Source of the DNA: Schmidtea nova
Lineage: Eukaryota
DNA: 64,000 nucleotides
Reading direction: 5' to 3'
Assembly: GCA_044892505.1 (NCBI GenBank)
Contig: CM097882.1
Span: 292,144,001 to 292,208,000 of the forward strand
The notes under the pieces are model-generated. The model was not told the origin of the DNA. It did not search any database and saw nothing but the letters and a program-made list of their open reading frames with translations. Both the position numbers and the translations under genes were made by a program. Position 1 is the first letter of the stretch, and every line of letters starts with the position of its first letter. This document shows, one piece after another, positions 35,831 to 48,761 of the stretch.

Positions 35831-36842
35831 CTTGGAATAAATTTATATAAATGATAAATGATAATGGATAACTTGTTGTATTTTATGAGATTGTTTTTGT
35901 TGATTTATGTATTTGTTTACTTAACTGATATATTTGTTGACTTTGTTTGTTTTTTGTCTAAATAAAATTAATTCATTATCAATTACGGGATATTTTACCA
36001 AATTATTTCCACTTCCAATTATTGCACTATTCCGCAATGTGAGAATGATAAAAATAATAATAAAGTAAAAAATTTTCGAAAATTATCACAAATTTAGGAA
36101 TTTGTTATAATTTTTGAAAAAAAACAATTTAACCTTATAAGAATTTTTTGAGATGCTGTATAAATTTGCGCTTAATTTAGGCGTTAAAAGCCCGCTACAA
36201 TTATTTACAGCTGATATAAAATAAAATAAAATAAAAAGAAAAGAGAACACCAAACACAGAACCAAGGTTGCCGGATTTCAAATTTGACATATTAGGGAAA
36301 ATATCAGTAGAAGAAAAATAAGAAATAAAAGATTACATTTTCCTTTTATTAAATTATAAAAACGTAACAGAATACAAAAAATTATATCTGGAAAGAAATG
36401 AGCGTCTTCCTGTCATAAAAAGTGGGTATTATCAACCCATTTAACTTTGTTTTTTCAAAGATTTTTGAAGCCAGTAGGATCATGCTATATCGAAGTTCAA
36501 GGTACCGTAATAGATACGAAGATATATACAATTGTGGCAAATATAAATATCCTAAGTTTTCATTAAGCGGGACTGTAGGTAACACTTCGATATAACAGAA
36601 TTATATTGTATTACAATATTCACACCTTAAAATTACATAATATTTCATAAACAGATTAAAATGATGGTTTAGATCAGGCGCCTCAAACACGCGGCCCGCG
36701 AAGACTTTTTATTAAATTACCAAAAAAAGTTTATAATTTGAAATTCAAATTAATTAAATAACAAGAACTGCATAACACAGTTAAAAATCAAGTTTTTAAA
36801 TTGATTTTTTAATTAAAAGCATGACTTCAATATTTTTAATTA

Positions 36843-39773
36843 ATGCTTATTAAAGAAAAACTTTAGAAAATTGATATTCCTGGATTTAAATATTACTTTT
36901 ATAGGAATTTTAACTTATGTGTTGCTCTAAATATTGTAAATAATTCTGCAACTAAATATACTAATAAAATAGTTAAAACTAAAGATAATAAACTTGAAAT
37001 AAATACAAAGAAAATATCTCTTATTGATCATAATATCATCAGCATTTTCCCTACTTGTTCAGTTTACATCCCTGCTTCTCTCTCAATTAAAAAATTCCTT
37101 TTTAATTTGTCAGCGGATTTATCTGAAACCGTCTCAATCAAAGACGAAAAATATAGAGGGATTAAAATTAATAAAATAATAAACACATTAGCGAAAAGCC
37201 AGCAACTCCCTAATTACTTGATAAAATCAAAACTGAAATACGAGAATGGCGATTTCGTTTTGTTGGATCTTACAAATCCAAATATTTTGACAACTGATAA
37301 TATCTCTAATCTGACATTGAACGCAATAGAACTTTCAAGAACTCAAATTGTCAAACTGTATTCCGATTTTCCATCCATCAAGGAAGCTTGTTTTGTTGAG
37401 CACTTATCTACAAAATTTTCTTCGATTGCTAAAATGGTTAATGACCTTAAAGTTAATAACAATTTTCCCGAGCACATCTTTTATAGAGAAGGAAAATTTT
37501 ATCAATCTGTTGACAATAAAAATGAAATAAATTCTGCGCCTGACATCATGTTTAATCTTGGTCTTTTTGATCTTGTTGACATGTCAGAAACTGACACAGA
37601 TTTGAAATCTCTTTTAGTAAAAGAAAACTGTCATTTTAAAACTGTTGACATTGTATTCTATCTCAATTACTTGGGATTAACAGGGTCTCTGAAATTTGTT
37701 CAAAATCAAACATATGCTGATTATATAAGAAATTATATAAAGAATTGTAGTCTGATAACTTCTATTTGTTCTTTAAAAGATATTTCTTTGCTTTCCAATG
37801 ATGATTTTGATGTTTGGGGGGCAGAAATTGTCGAAAAGATCCCAAAATCGTCATATTATTTCGTAAGTTGTAAGGAAAAGCTCCTTAAGCTGAAGCAGTG
37901 GTTGATATCTGGTGAAATTAATAAAATTCACAATTTAATATCTCCACAAACGATATCGATTCTTAACATCTTTCTGGACACTATTGACGCAAAACACCCA
38001 AATACATTAGATCACTCTAAAATAATAAATAAATTAATGCAAGTCCTTAACGATATCAAGTTATTGGATGATGTACATGGACTAAAATCAAAGCGGTTAA
38101 TCTACTTTATGCTGAGGGATCTTAAGAGATTTCGAATTAAAAATAAAAAGTATCGACTCTTCGAAAACTGCAAGAAACATTGCACGGCAGAAATGGCTAA
38201 AACAATCTCGAATATTATCAAAGAACTGACACTAACAATCAATAATGATAATAATGAATTGCAAAAATCAAAATCTAAAGATTACATCGTTGATCCTGTT
38301 GAAATCATCAATACTCAAGAAATTACTTTGATAAATGAGGAAATCAAATGTATTAAATGTGGAAATATAATTGAAAATTGTATGCTGTTAAAAGAAGGAA
38401 TAAACACGAATGTTTGTGGACCTTGCATAATAGACGCCATTTCCTCTATAAAATCCAACATTGACAGCGAAGCCCAATTGTGTGAAAATTCCACCGATTC
38501 ACTTATAAAGAAAAATGCTTCAAAATCCAAAACAACATATTTGAGGAAGCAAACTCCGAATAATAAATGAGGATGTGTGCCTGCATCAGCTCAAGCTTCT
38601 GTCTTTCCTTCTATTGAGACTGATGCAGAGAGCACAATAATCTTAAATAACGCTTGTACAAATAATCGTGATCCGAAAATGTGGTTTTCTGACGATGATA
38701 TAGATTTTTATCTTGAAAATCACATTGAAAATCCAATGCATGGATACATGAAATGCTATATTGTAAACATTCTCTGCTCAAACATTCGAGAACAGATTGT
38801 TCCAATTCCAGCATCCCTCGATAGAGCTGAAATTATATTCTGTCCAATAAATATCAGCAATTCACACTGGATTCTCTATGTATATTGTAAAAATTCTCTA
38901 TCTTCTTATTTTATCGATCCAATATTCAATATTCGCCAGAAGTTGATTAATAAACAAATGGCTGGGAAAGTTAACATTGCACTAAATGTGCATTTCAACT
39001 TAAAAATTAAGATATCATCCAATCCCCACAAGTACTTGAAATATCAAGACAACAACTTCGATTGTGGTCCTTTCACTTGCGCTTATGCAGTGATTATTAG
39101 CAGAGAATGGAACTATTTTCCAGATGGGTTCATAGAAGAAATAAGAGAATATGTTCATCAATATCAAAATCAGATGATTCCAAAACTATGTGGGGGTGCT
39201 AATCTACCAATGGATGTCAGAGCAATAAATATCCAAAAAGCTCTTGCTAAAAGAAAAGCAATAGTGAAGTCCAATAAAGTTGCCAAAATTTTAATGTCTG
39301 AGAATCCATGTATATCATCCATAATTAAAAAATACTATGAAAATAATCTTCAGGTACTTGTTTTGACAGCGGAATTAACAAATAACCTTATTGCGCAAAA
39401 TGATAACTTTATAGCTGAAAACGTGACTTTTAAACAATTTAAAGGAATTGAGCACGTCATTAGCGTCATTCCTAAATTCAATAACTGGTGTCTCTATGTT
39501 TACTCTACTAAATTAAATAAAAGCTATATTTTTGATTTTAATTCTCGAAATATAGATGAGAGGCTAAGGGAAATTGGCGGAAAAATTACTGACTACCTAA
39601 ATAATTTCTTTCTTAACCGAAGGATTGAATTTAAAGCTAATCACAATATTTCACATACATCTTTTCACTCTGAAGACAATCAGTTTTTTGCATCTATGTT
39701 AACGAATTATCCGTATTCAATAATTTTTACTCAATTTTTTTCAATAGTTCCAAACAAAAGAAATAATATATAA
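36843..39773 (+). pseudogene. About 976-codon cargo ORF with C-terminal Ulp1/C48-type protease, interrupted only by TAG (36864) and TGA (38568)
   Basis: ORFs 37107..38570 and 38577..39773 share one frame that stays open back to 36867, with an ATG at 36843. Protease motifs WFSDDDIDFY, PINISNSHW, YFIDP and QDNNFDCG. Confidence 0.8.
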
Positions 39774-39789
39774 AATGCCTATGAAAAAG

Positions 39790-41030
39790 AAATAAAAAAT
39801 GGATGCTGAGTTGGAAACAGATATGGTTGCATAAAATAAAAAAATTGAAGATGAAAACAGAAAGTTTCAAGACAAGTGGGAAGATATGTATTTTTTATTG
39901 AAACAAAGGACGGAATTGTGTGTCTTATTTGTCAGCAAACAATTGCAGTAGCAAAAGAGTTCAATCTTAGTTGCCAGCAATGCTTTCAGAAAAAGTCGGA
40001 ATTGTTGGTCTACTTTAAAACTAACTTCAAATCCTCAGTCCTCACGGCAACAACTTTACTAGCATTCGTTGCATTTTGCATCAAGAAGCTCTGTGTAGAA
40101 AAAATATTAAAATAAAAGAAGTAATGGAAATTGTGGAAAAAATAGTTAATTTTATTAGATCAAGTGGTGTAAACCACCGACAATTTTCTTCTTTCCTTCT
40201 TACCAATGGTAGCCAATATGGTGAAATGTTATATCACACTGAGGTAAGGTGGCTTAGTCGTGGAAAGGTTTTAAGAAGATCTTTTGGATGAGATCGATTC
40301 ATTCATGAAAATAAAAAACAAAGAAGTACCAGAACTCACAGACTCAAATTTCATCAGCAATTTAGCTTTTCTAACTGATATTACAGATCACTTGAATGAT
40401 CTGAATACAAAACTGCAAGGAAAAGATTTGATCATAACTCAAATGTATGATCATATCAAATCATTCAAAATCAAGCTGAACTTGTGGAACAAACAAATTT
40501 CCAATGGTAACTACAATCATTTTCAAACAATCAAGTCACTGAAAAAGATTGAACCCAATTGCTTGATAGTATATTCAGGTATTCTTAACGAACTCTTTCA
40601 ACAGTTTGAGACACGATTTAACGATTTTAAAATGCTTGAACCACAGTTCCAACTTTTTTTCAACACCATTTGCTGCTGATGTTGAATCCGTGACAGAGGA
40701 AATTCAGATGGAATTAGTAGAGCTTCAGTGTGATTCTATTTTAAAACAAAAGTACTCTGATGCTGGAATTCTTGAGTTTTATTCATATCTCCAACAAGAA
40801 AGATTTCTACGGTTGCATTCTCAGGTAGTAAAGATTATTGCAATGTTTGAAAGCACCTATCTTTGTGAACAATTTTTTCATTTATGAAATTCAACAAATC
40901 TTCAACAAGAACAAAGTTAAGTGACGAACATTTACAAGCAACACTAAGACTGGCCACATCTCAAAAGATTGTTCCTAATATTGATGCTCTTGTGGTGGCT
41001 ATACGTTGCCAACTAAGTAGCCAGAAATAA
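39790..41030 (+). pseudogene. Buster/GTF2IRD2-like transposase, internally deleted and frameshifted
   Basis: RKFQDKWE...CLICQQ, HTEVRWLSRGKVL, LAFLTDITDHLNDLNTKLQG and FESTYLCEQFF. Confidence 0.9.
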
Positions 41031-41849
41031 AAATAATATATTTTCCGCTTTGTTTGTCTTTATTTAAATAATTTTGTGTTACATTTTTATGTTCAAAATA
41101 ATGTTTTTTCCCTATTTTTAATAAATTGCAATTATGATACATTCTCGAGTATTTATTTAAAAAAAAATTATGTTGCAGCCCGCCGGTTCATGATACTAGT
41201 CTAATGCGGCCCGCAGGCCAGTTTGAGTTTGAGACCCCTGGTTTAGATCAAATAAAATAAAAAATGTTCAAAGAAAATAATTAAAACTTAGACATGGTGA
41301 AAATTTAATTAATGCAAAATGCCACTTTTATGGCATCCGTAATGTGAGAGGATACGTTTTTAAAGACAATATATTTATTTTCAAAATTTAAAATATTCAT
41401 TTAAATTACAAAATAATTTATGAATATTAAATTATTTTAATAAGATGTTTAAACTAAAAATGTTAAAATTAAAAAAAAGCATTTTTAGAAAATAATTAAA
41501 TTTGAAAATATCGATTTGTCTTGAGAACAAAAATATTTGTTAAATAATGCAGAATTGTTTAAACAATTTTTTGGATTGTAGTGTCGAATGATTATATCAC
41601 TAGTCACAGGATGCGATGCAAGTTATGCATCGCATGGTGGTAGTTTCTATGATACGTTTCACTGTTGCGTAACATGTATTTACTTATAAATAGCGATTTT
41701 GATGCGTAGATAAGACACAGGAACAGAGAATATAAAAGATCGAATAAAAATACTACATAAAGCACGAAAAATGACAGAAGATATTTCGGTGATCGAACTG
41801 CGAAGTTATAGAGATACTGTCAAAAGCTCTATCAGTAGTCAGATACCGT

Positions 41850-43010
41850 ATATAAAAACTGGACGAGGTTTCATGCCTAGACGAAGAAAACAAGAAGAAA
41901 GACAATAATAATAAAAGATAGAGGACTGGAAATGTCACGAAGAAGGATTTATAAGCAAAGAGTGTCCAAGAAGAGTCATCAAGTGTTTCGCTTGCGGAGA
42001 AAAGGGACACGTAAGAAAAGTATGTATAAACGTCAGATGCAAGAGATATAACTGAGGTGGCCATCAAGAGAATGAGTGCTACACAAGGTTAGACAGATAG
42101 AACCCAGTAAGATTCAATGAATCGAAATCCATGGAAAAATGACAATAACAAGGCAATACAGAATATCGAGAAAATGAAGAGTATCAAAGAAACAACAAAT
42201 ATCAAGGAAATCAAAGAAATGCAAAAGGACACGAATTTAATAGAAAACGGAGTGATACGAATGGACAATACATAGAAAATTTAGAAGAAGAGTATTCCGA
42301 GAGATCAGACGCAAAAAATTGTGATTACCCAAAAGGGAAACCCTCGACAAAAGTGGAGCTAGTCGGGGAATAATTTCAGATAAAGAACGATTTTAAAAGG
42401 CCATGCAAATACTAAGGATTGAAGACCTAACAGTTATAGAAGTGATAAAAAGAAATCAAAGGGTTTTTATGGCAGAGAAGTGGGATATTGGATGCACAAA
42501 GCTGCTGAGACACAAAGTCGAAACATGAAGAAATCCTATGAATATTAAACCGCGAAGACAGCCAGTTATTTTTGGAAGGCAAGATAGTTTATGGAAGAAC
42601 AATATCATCAAGAAGTATAACTCTCCATTAAACACTCCATTAATTTGCGCATGGAAAAAAGAGAATCAGGATATTAGATTGTGTCTAGATTTCTGGCAAT
42701 AACCGAATAAGGGAAAGACAAGCATTTTCAATGCCAAATATAGCACAGATGTTAGACAATTTGAACGGAGCAAAGCACTTCAGCTCAATTGGGTTGGGTA
42801 ATACGACTACCAAGTGGAACTAGAAGAAGAATCAAAACAGAAGACTGAGTTTTCAACAAAAATTGGACAGTATTGTTTCAATAGAATGCCTTTTGGTATA
42901 GCAGCAGTATCAGAAACGTTTCAGGAACTTATGTTGAAGGTACTACATAATATGGAATGTACAGCAGTGTAACTAGATGATATTTTGATATTTACGGATT
43001 CAAAAAATCC
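41850..43010 (+). mobile_element. Decayed Gypsy remnant (gag knuckles + RT), related to the 4.7-8.8 kb element
   Basis: CHEEGFISKECP, CFACGEKGHVRKVC, DIRLCLDF, YQVELEEESKQKT and NRMPFGIAA, with stops. Confidence 0.8.
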
Positions 43011-43490
43011 TAATAATCATTATGGGGATAGGGTTTGGGATCTTTGAATCCAAAAATCAATGTTCAGAATCCGGTGAACATGTGCATTTGAATGCTTTTG
43101 GATATTTTGAATGTTAGCATGGATGTATTGTTGTATTAATTAAGTTGAATGATGAAATTGGTTTTGTTAAAATTAAGCAAATAATTTTTTTAAAATCTTT
43201 TTTAAAATTTTTAAAAAATATTTAAAATTTTTTTTAGAATTTTTAAATATTTGTTAATAATTGTAAATTTGTTAATGATTTTAAAATTAATTTTTGGATT
43301 GATTTTTAATAAATTAAAATTATATTTTTAAATATTTAAAATTTAAAACTTTATCTAATTATATTTTATAATTTGTTTCAATAAATTGAATTTAACAGTT
43401 TTTTCTCTGGATACCTGAAGATGAAAGAGAGTCTGTCGAAATATATAGCACGGATATTAAATAAATGGCGTTTTCCTATTAAAATTAATA
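43010..43490 (+). mobile_element. Penelope-like 3' end remnant
   Basis: LNPKINVQN-like GIY-YIG tail, AT-rich UTR like 4350-4560, then a hammerhead motif. Confidence 0.65.
43412..43450 (+). ncRNA. Degenerate minimal hammerhead ribozyme
   Basis: CUGAAGA-U-GAAAGA(gag)UCUGUC-GAAA-UAUA-UA; one stem II mismatch and weak stem I. Confidence 0.6.
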
Positions 43491-45841
43491 AAAGTTTAAT
43501 ATAAATTTTAATTAATTAAAATTTAATTTATTAAATAAAAAATTTTCAAAGTCAATAAAACGGAGGATCATTTACTGTTAGTCACAAATATTTAAAAGCT
43601 TGATTTGTTTGCAGCAATATTTTATCAACGGAAAAACTATGATAGTCATAAATCGAGTTGAATAAACAAAATGTATGATAAATTATCTATTATGTTTACT
43701 TCCCATCAAATGAGGGATAAATTCTTTTTCTTGTTTGCATTTTTGTTGTTATGATTGCATTTAAAAATAGACAAAATATTATGTAAGTTGTCTATGTTGT
43801 ATTATAATCCTGAAAATATCTCCTAAATGTTTCAATAAAATTTAGATTAAATCTTTATTTAAAGACAAATAATTTTATTATTGTTATTGATGAAAGATTC
43901 TCAAAACAATCATTGAAATTTTCACATTTTATTTATTATTTACGATTTTGTTTACTCTCATTTTTTCAGACAATCGATTCAATTTCCAACACTGCTTTTC
44001 TAAATGTTTATTTAAAAGACAATGCCGAAAATATGTGTTAAATTTTAAAAATTGTTGTAATAAAAAAGATAGAAAAGTGTGATCAAGAACAGAACAGATG
44101 ACTCAGGAAATTATAATGGAAACAGAATAGGATATGGTACAATGAGATTCAAAATGCAAAATGTGCAAATTTGAGATTAAAAAAATGAATAGGTGGTTAA
44201 TTTATCGAAATCGAATGTGGAAAACGGGACAGGTATAGATTAGCTATTGGTGAAGAACATAATGATTAGAAATCGGTCAGAAAATTTTCAGAAACTGTCG
44301 AAAAGAATGCAAATGCTTAAAAAAAGAAAATCGTTAATTAATTAATTAATTGGATAATGGAAACCCGAGCTAATGGAGAACCCGAGCGATGAAGAAAACC
44401 CGAGCTCGGCAAACAAGGAGAGTAAACAAAGAGGATTTCGGAAAAGCCATTAACTTATCATTATGAGTAATAGGAGTAAACAAAATTGGTTAATACGAAA
44501 GGGTAACAGAAGAGGACAATCAATCACTATAAGCTCTCAGACGAGAATCAAGAAAACCGATTATCAAAGCATTGTCAGACAGAGGCGATTTGGCCAAAAA
44601 ACTAATTAATCAAAATGATTATCTTAGTATATAAGGAAACTCAAAATTGAAAACAATCGGCATTTTTCCTCAGTTAGGGAGAAGAAAACGAGATTAGGTT
44701 AAATGTAGCAGAGGCAGAAGAAATAGGAAAAGACGAGAGAAAAAGAGTAAAGAAATTGAAAAAGAGCTGAATCAAAAGAAGACGAAATTCTTAAAGAAAA
44801 AAAGATCAATCCAGAGGATTCTGATATACAAGGTGATTATTGTTATAAAGCACACGAGGTCAAGACATTCTATGGCGGAGCTCGATCGAATAATTAGAAC
44901 GTTGTATTATTATTGCTGTGAATTCTAAAAAGATTGTATCGATTTAAACAAATATACGTTGAGAGTATTATTACTTATTGATTTGTTTGAACACGAGGAG
45001 TCAGACACCGACGATAATATCTGTTTTACTTAAATCCAACATTTCTGACTTTTCGTGCTCTGTTAATTAATAAAATAACTAAACCCCAACACAATAAATT
45101 TTATTTATTTCTATCTGACAATTTACAACAACTAAAATTAACACTCTTAAGTTTCTGCACACAACTTCTGCAATCTTTTTCTAAGCAATAGGGGTAGCTC
45201 TATCAAGATTAGATGATCTTTTCTGATACGCTTGATTTTCTAATGTTTCTTTTACAACAACTTTATTCTAACTTACCAAATCGTTAAATCTACTGACAAT
45301 TTTCTTCAACCAACTGACTATTCTGTGTTATTTCCATGCAGCTTTACTAGTTTTCCAGCTTGTCAACAAATTGATTATGTTTACTGACTTGAGATCAAAT
45401 TAGATTACGAATTGCCGTAATTTGATATTTTGTTGATTGGAATTGGTAATTATTCAATTTACTTGCTCCAAACTTTTCGTAATTTGATTTTATCTTGGTT
45501 TTTCCTTACTCAGGCTCTCCACTAGCCCGAGTATCTCATGCACTCGTGTTTCCCCTTGACTCAGGTTTTCTACATTTCTAATAAATTATTCATTAATTTT
45601 TCATTATATTCTATTTATTGAATATCTTTTTATGGGGAACCCACATTGATATTTGCCATCCTGACATACCAATTTCCCCAGTCATATGTTAAGTTTTCAA
45701 CTTTTTTCATTAATTTTTTGTACTTATTTGTTAATTGTGAATTTACACTTTTCAGCCTTTTTTTTGATTTCCCTTCAATCACCGCGGCACTCTCATTTTA
45801 CTTGGACTATTTTAGACTAATCTCAACATAATGATGTAATT

Positions 45842-48403
45842 CAGGGGTGGCCAACCTTTTTTACAGGCGGGCCAAAATTTTTACCCAAAAGGTTTGGCGG
45901 GCTAAAACATAAATCTATAAAAAATATCCATTACTTTTTATAAATGTTACAACAAAATAATCAATAAAATCAACAAATTAAGATACAATATAATTTATTT
46001 AAGAATGATAACATTAGAAAAATACAAATATGAAATGTGAAAACATAAATATTTAATTTGATAAATATTACTAACGTATTTCTGATCAATTTTGTCAATG
46101 CGGTTTTTGTACTTGAATTGACTTTACTAATTTCTCAATGTTAGGATTGATTTTTGTTGTTGATAATAATAACAGGTTGGTCAAGTGTTTATCTGTCAAA
46201 GTAGTTCTGTATTTACTTTTCACATAATTCATGGTCGAAAAAGTTTTTTCACAAATATAAGTTTTTCCAAATTTGCAAACAAATCTCAGTGCGATTTCAT
46301 GAAGTTCTGGAAAATCACTTTTGGTAACTATTTTCCAGAAAGCCGTGAGATCAGAAGAAACTTTGCGATCCACACAACTCTTGGAATTTAACTCTCAATC
46401 CTGAGTGGTTCTGAATGTCGGATATTTCTAACTGGATTTAAGGAGGATAAATATCAATTTCAATCTCAAATATTAAAAATGGATTGATGAAAAGGAGTAG
46501 GTTGTTTTTCTCAGATTCAAAGTTAGTAAATCTTGAATCAAATAATTTTGACAAATCAAGGATGGCTGATTTGTATTTCTCATAATACAAATCAGATTTA
46601 CTTTCCTGTTGATAACCTTGTAGTGTAGGAAAAAGAGCAACTTTCTTCTGAGATAGGCTGTTAGCAAACAATTTCAGTTTTGCTTTGAAAGAGTTGATCT
46701 GATTGAAAAGTGTGGGAAATAAAGCATTTTCTCCTTGTAATCCAGTGTTGAGACAATTCAAGTAATTAGTGAGATCAACAAGAAAAGCAAGATCACACAC
46801 CCAAGATTTGTTTTTTAATTGGATACACTCTGTTGGCAATTCTTTTTTAGACTCCAAAAATTACAGAACTTGGTCTTTTAGTAGAAAAAAGCGCTCCAGC
46901 ATTTTTCCCTTTGAAAGCCATCGAACAGAGCAGTGTAGAAGAAGTTCTCCATGTTCATTGGTTTCATTTTCAAAAAGTGACCCAAACTCTCTTCGATGCA
47001 ATGCACGGGCTCTTATTTTATTTACACAGTGTACAACGGTGTCAATGACATGGCTGAATTTCATGTCCTTTGTGCAGAGCATTTTTTGATGAATGATACA
47101 ATGGTATTTAAATAGTTTTCGTTGTTGGAAATTCTCCAGAAGTGAAACACAACCAGAATTTTTTCCCACCATTGCTGGAGCTCCATCAGTGCAAATGCTG
47201 TCTAATTTGTCCCATTCAAGCTTGTGACCGTTACTTGTAGAACTCTCGATGCACTCTTTTAATACTTGAAAGATGTCCGATCCTTTTGTTGTTTTCTGAA
47301 GCTGGCAGAGACCATGAAGATCTTGCACAACGTCAAAGTTTTCATTTACACATCTTATGTAAACAAGTAATTGAACATTGTCAGTCATGTCACAGCTTTC
47401 ATCAATTGCAATTGAGAAGTATTTGGAAAGAGACGAAGCAAGAATGATTTGTTGTGATACATCACTTGCCATGTCTTCTACTCTTCTCATAACTGTATTT
47501 CGAGAAAGTTCCATGTTTTCAATTTGTAAACTCAAACCCTTGTGTCCGCTGTTTTAAGCAAAAATTGACAAACACTCTTTTACAATTTCTCCGCCAGAGA
47601 AATTTCTCTTCTTCTGTGCTAGCAGAAGTGAAATTTGAAAAGATGCTGTAATCATATTGGCCATTTCTTCTTTCTTTTTAACAAAAAATGTTTTTCTGTA
47701 ATGACAGGGCAGTTTTTTGTTTTAAAATAAATTCACTTCTCAAACTTGATCCAATTGGAAACTTAAAGTTAATTTCTTTATGATATTGTTGAAAATGTCG
47801 CTCCACGTTGTATTTTTTTACAACTGCTAGTACTTTTGAGCAGATCAAACAAATGGGTTTTGATGAAACTGTTTGTGTAAAGAAGAATTGTTCTTCCCAT
47901 TGATCTTGAAAACATCTCAAAAGCAAATCATTTTCTCTTTTCTTTTTTGCCGTCATTATTTTACTTTGGTGCATTTTGACTGATTAGAACTAGTTCACTT
48001 TTTCAAGTTTTTCAATAATGTTTTTGATCAAAACGTTTTATAATTTTTAAAATGTTTCAGTCAAAGTATCAACCACAACTAAAACATTTTATACAGAGTT
48101 TGATTATTTAAAATTTAAATATTACGATTGATTAATATTTGATTCAGTTGAGAGAAACTTTTATTTTTTTAATCATTATTATTTTTAATTTTGTTTTAAT
48201 TTTGTTTTAATTTTTGTTTTGTAATTTAAATAGGAATTAATTTATTTTTCATGAACGTATTATCAAAAAATAAGAATAAATTAAAAAAATTATTAATTAC
48301 AGTTTGAAGTTAAATGTTTGGAAATTCAAAAATGTTAAGCGGGCCATTGAAAACGCCTTCGCGGGCCATTTTTGGCCCGCGGGCCTCACGTTGGCCGCCC
48401 CTG
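45842..48403 (-). mobile_element. hAT element (Buster/SPIN type) of 2562 bp with 8-bp TSD ATGTAATT
   Basis: TIRs CAGGGGTGGCCAAC / CAGGGGCGGCCAAC; TSD at 45834-45841 and 48404-48411. Confidence 0.95.
46095..47974 (-). pseudogene. Buster-type transposase, frameshifted
   Basis: ORFs 47678..47974, 46861..47535 (SIAIDES, CTDGAPAM, HCIIHQ, VRWLSKG), 46438..46857 and 46095..46373. Confidence 0.92.
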
Positions 48404-48444
48404 ATGTAATTGATGACGGAATAATAATATTTTATATTTAGGTC

Positions 48445-48609
48445 TGTAGTAAAAATAATTAACAAATTTTGGAATATTTATTATATAACATCAACTGCTT
48501 CTAAAATTTAAAAATCTATTTCACATACAATCAATATTAAAACAACTGAAATTAAATTAAACAATAATGAAATATAGTAATAACAATAATAATAATTAAA
48601 TTAAGCACA
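48445..48609 (-). repeat. 3' LTR
   Basis: Direct repeat of 54861-55025. Confidence 0.95.
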
Positions 48610-48761
48610 TATCCCCGTGATGTCGTCATCAATATCGCTCGTCAGTTCATAGTCATCCAAGTAACGTGGCGGATCTCGTACTCTTATACTTCTACGCACT
48701 GAATCGTCAACTTCTAACTCTGCGACCTCGGTCTTGCATTTGTAACTCGTCCTCTGTGGAA

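Larger units (their letters stand above)
36675..41240 (+). mobile_element. hAT element (Buster/SPIN type) of 4566 bp with 8-bp TSD GTTTAGAT, carrying a large cargo ORF
   Basis: TIRs CAGGCGCCTCAAAC / CAGGGGTCTCAAAC, GCGGCCCGC subterminal motifs, TSD at 36667-36674 and 41241-41248. Confidence 0.93.

Noticed and set aside
41602-41757. Possible LTR with a 10-bp hairpin (ATGCGATGCA/TGCATCGCAT) before the second Gypsy remnant
   Set aside because: No partner LTR or TSD found and the TG start is mutated; boundaries cannot be supported.
43500-45840. Purine-rich decayed coding-like DNA with three AACCCGAGC repeats (44361-44408)
   Set aside because: No ORF or motif I can assign; probably old TE debris.
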